DNA from: Vitrella brassicaformis CCMP3155
Lineage: Eukaryota; Protista; Chromerida
Reading direction: 5' to 3'
Length of the DNA: 64,000 bases
Assembly (NCBI GenBank): GCA_001179505.1
Contig: CDMY01000243.1
Coordinates: 558,001-622,000, forward strand
The position numbers and the translations under genes were made by a program. The notes below the pieces were generated by a model. The model did no database searches. It was given only the letters and a program-made list of their open reading frames with translations, and had not been told where the DNA came from. Positions 62,087 to 64,000 of the stretch are shown here, piece after piece (the stretch's first letter is position 1; every line of letters starts with the position of its first letter).

Positions 62087-62699
62087 ATGTGTGCGTGTCG
62101 TGTACCCACCTGTCGTGTGGGCTGCTGTCCCCCTCCTCCCCTCCCTCTCCCTCACGGGCGGCCTCTATCTCCCTCTCCTGTCCACTGGGCAACACTGATT
62201 GATGAAAGGACCGCCACACAGAAAGCACACCAGAGGTCATTCATCTCATCACCGTAGTCGCCCATTTCATCCGCCTTGCTGTCGTGAGTGCTTTGGCTCA
62301 CCCTCACTAAGTGTCGCCGGCGCGCCGCGCCCCTCCTCGACGTCGGCCTCTCCTCTCCCCTCCTCCCGGCTGTCCCTCTTTCCCGGCTCGTCCCCAACTG
62401 CACCAAACACATTTGCACACACAGAGCCATAGGCACAGAGATCACCCTTTTCTACATCAGACCGCAAATTACCTGGTCGCTTGCATTTCTTGACGCGGGC
62501 GCGCATGAAATGGGAGTAAAAGACCTCGAGATATAAAATGCAGGCAGCAATTAGGCCACCAGGCCCTATCGACAGAAACAAAGAGACATATCATTGTGGG
62601 TAAGTTAATGTGCCTTCTGTCTCATGTTCTTATCGCACTCTGGTGACCGCCCTTGGCCCCCTCCATCGGTGTCTTGATGGTCTTCTGCACCACAGGCAC

Positions 62700-64000
62700 T
62701 GTGAGGGGGGAAGACGTGCTGGCGTCTGTCGCGGCGGATTTCGTGCTGGCGTCTGTCGCGACTGCCTTAGGGTATCCAGCCGCCTATCCAGCAGCTGCAA
62801 CTCGTCGATGCCCTCCTCGTCAGGCTTCCTCTCAGTGGCCCACACGGCGCGCCTCGGCCACTGGTCCGAGGGGATGGGGCTGCTGTTGGGATTCTCCGCC
62901 GTCTGCTGTTGGGTGCCGATGACGGTCTCGTCAAAGGTGACGGCTGGCAGGTCCTGCTTGACGTCCGGCAGGATCTGGTGGCAATACAGAAATGACAGTG
63001 CCGTGCCGCCCACCGTCCACAGGTCGACGTCGGGCTGCCAGCCGGGGTAGCCCCAGTGCTTCTGCGCCCACTCGCCGACTGCCGCGGGGGTGCTGGGGGG
63101 GCCGTTGCGTGTGCGCGAGGGGTCGATGACGGCCTTGATGTGGGGCGGGGCGGAGGTGAGTGTGTTCATGATGTGTGTCTCGTACGGCACCGCCAGCGTC
63201 TTGCCCCCCCTTGTCACCAGACTGCCCCTCTCCTGCCCAGCGGCGTCGATAACGCCATCTTGACCCTGCTGCTTATTAAGCACTGCAGGAGACACCAAAG
63301 CACACACAAAATGTACCGCAGAGCTGAACTTTGACCTCAACAGGCTATAGTTCTTCGCTACCTTTCTGATACTGCTCGAAACACTTTGCCACTTCAGCTG
63401 CGCGCCGTTATCAAATGAGAAGTCGACAAATATAAAATGTAGGCAGAGATCGGACCTGCACATCAACACAAAGAGACACGATCACAGTGGTCGCTGTGCT
63501 GATGTCTCAGTTGGTTTCCTCACGCACACATTCGTCCGCCCCGCGTCACCAAACTGCCCCTCTCCTGCCCGGCGGCATCGATAAAGGTGGGCACCGGCAC
63601 CACCACCTGCCGACTGCCCCCGCGCACCACCGACGCGTTGGCCTTGACAAATCCGACAAGGATATTGTCGAAGGTCGTGTGGTTGCGACGTACGTGGAGC
63701 GGGGCGGCAGCTCCTCGGCCGTCTGGACCGCGCTGGTGCTGGGGCGCTGGCGACGGCCTTGGCAACACTAAGCACAGGCACCTGAACCACACAAACACAC
63801 ACACAAACACACAGAATACATTCATTGGTGAGCTCACCCTTTCCATCCCTCTGCCCTGTCTGTCTGTCTGTCCGTCTGTCCCTTTGTGTCTCTCACCTTA
63901 TGCATTGCGTTGGTCTTCATCAGCAGGTCTATGACTTGGCGGTGACGGCAAATACGGCACCGACCTGCCAGTCGTCCTCCTCCTTGAAGTTGCTGCTCCC
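62700..64000 (-). pseudogene. Further rearranged copy of the kinase-like gene, running off the window end
   Basis: QVGAVFAV remnant (64000-63897); frameshifted VPVLSVAKAV...TFDNILVGFVKANASVV exon (63783-63540); FVDFSFDN exon; IDAAGQERG...DVDLWTVGG exon (63290-62760). Confidence 0.6.

Larger units (their letters stand above)
51340..63450. repeat. Dispersed short repeat with core (g/a)atataaaatg(t/c)aggca, 7 copies
   Basis: Core at ~51343, 54881, 57401, 58589, 61155, 62530 and 63429. The copies at 54881, 57401 and 62530 share a longer block, aagacctcgagatataaaatgca...ggccaccaggccctatcgacagaaacaaagagaca. Confidence 0.85.

Noticed and set aside
1-64000. rRNA, tRNA or telomeric repeats
   Set aside because: None recognised by eye; tRNAscan-SE and Infernal would be needed to exclude small RNAs

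Overview
Intron-rich, GC-rich eukaryotic genomic DNA with short GT-AG introns full of (AC)n/(GT)n/(CTGT)n tracts. Intron style, bipartite plastid leaders and lineage-specific ankyrin-type families point to a chromerid alga, most likely Vitrella brassicaformis (inference). Gene content in order: the 3' part of a giant extracellular protein with an unrecognised ~80-aa repeat plus sushi and LamG-like modules; a plastid-targeted VTT/TVP38 membrane protein; an island of intronless lineage-specific genes and pseudogenes; an ankyrin gene head-to-head with a presequence-bearing malate dehydrogenase; an F-box-like gene; a spliced archaeo-eukaryotic primase (AEP) with a PriCT-2-like C-terminus and a mitochondrial-type leader; a secreted PAN-domain protein; a plastid LPP-epsilon-like phosphatase; a PAN + ~14x TSR single-pass adhesin; a tandem two-repeat polycystin-2-like channel; a type II membrane protein with an RRRL-delimited Gly/Tyr/Trp/Arg tail; and WDR89. 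The last ~12.7 kb is a mosaic of duplicated, shuffled fragments of a divergent kinase-fold family, a DExH helicase and a discoidin-type gene, with a 300-N gap. The best candidate for an undescribed system is the putative mitochondrial, virus-type AEP/PriCT-2 primase. Exon models were assembled by eye and domain calls come from motif recognition; no database search was run.
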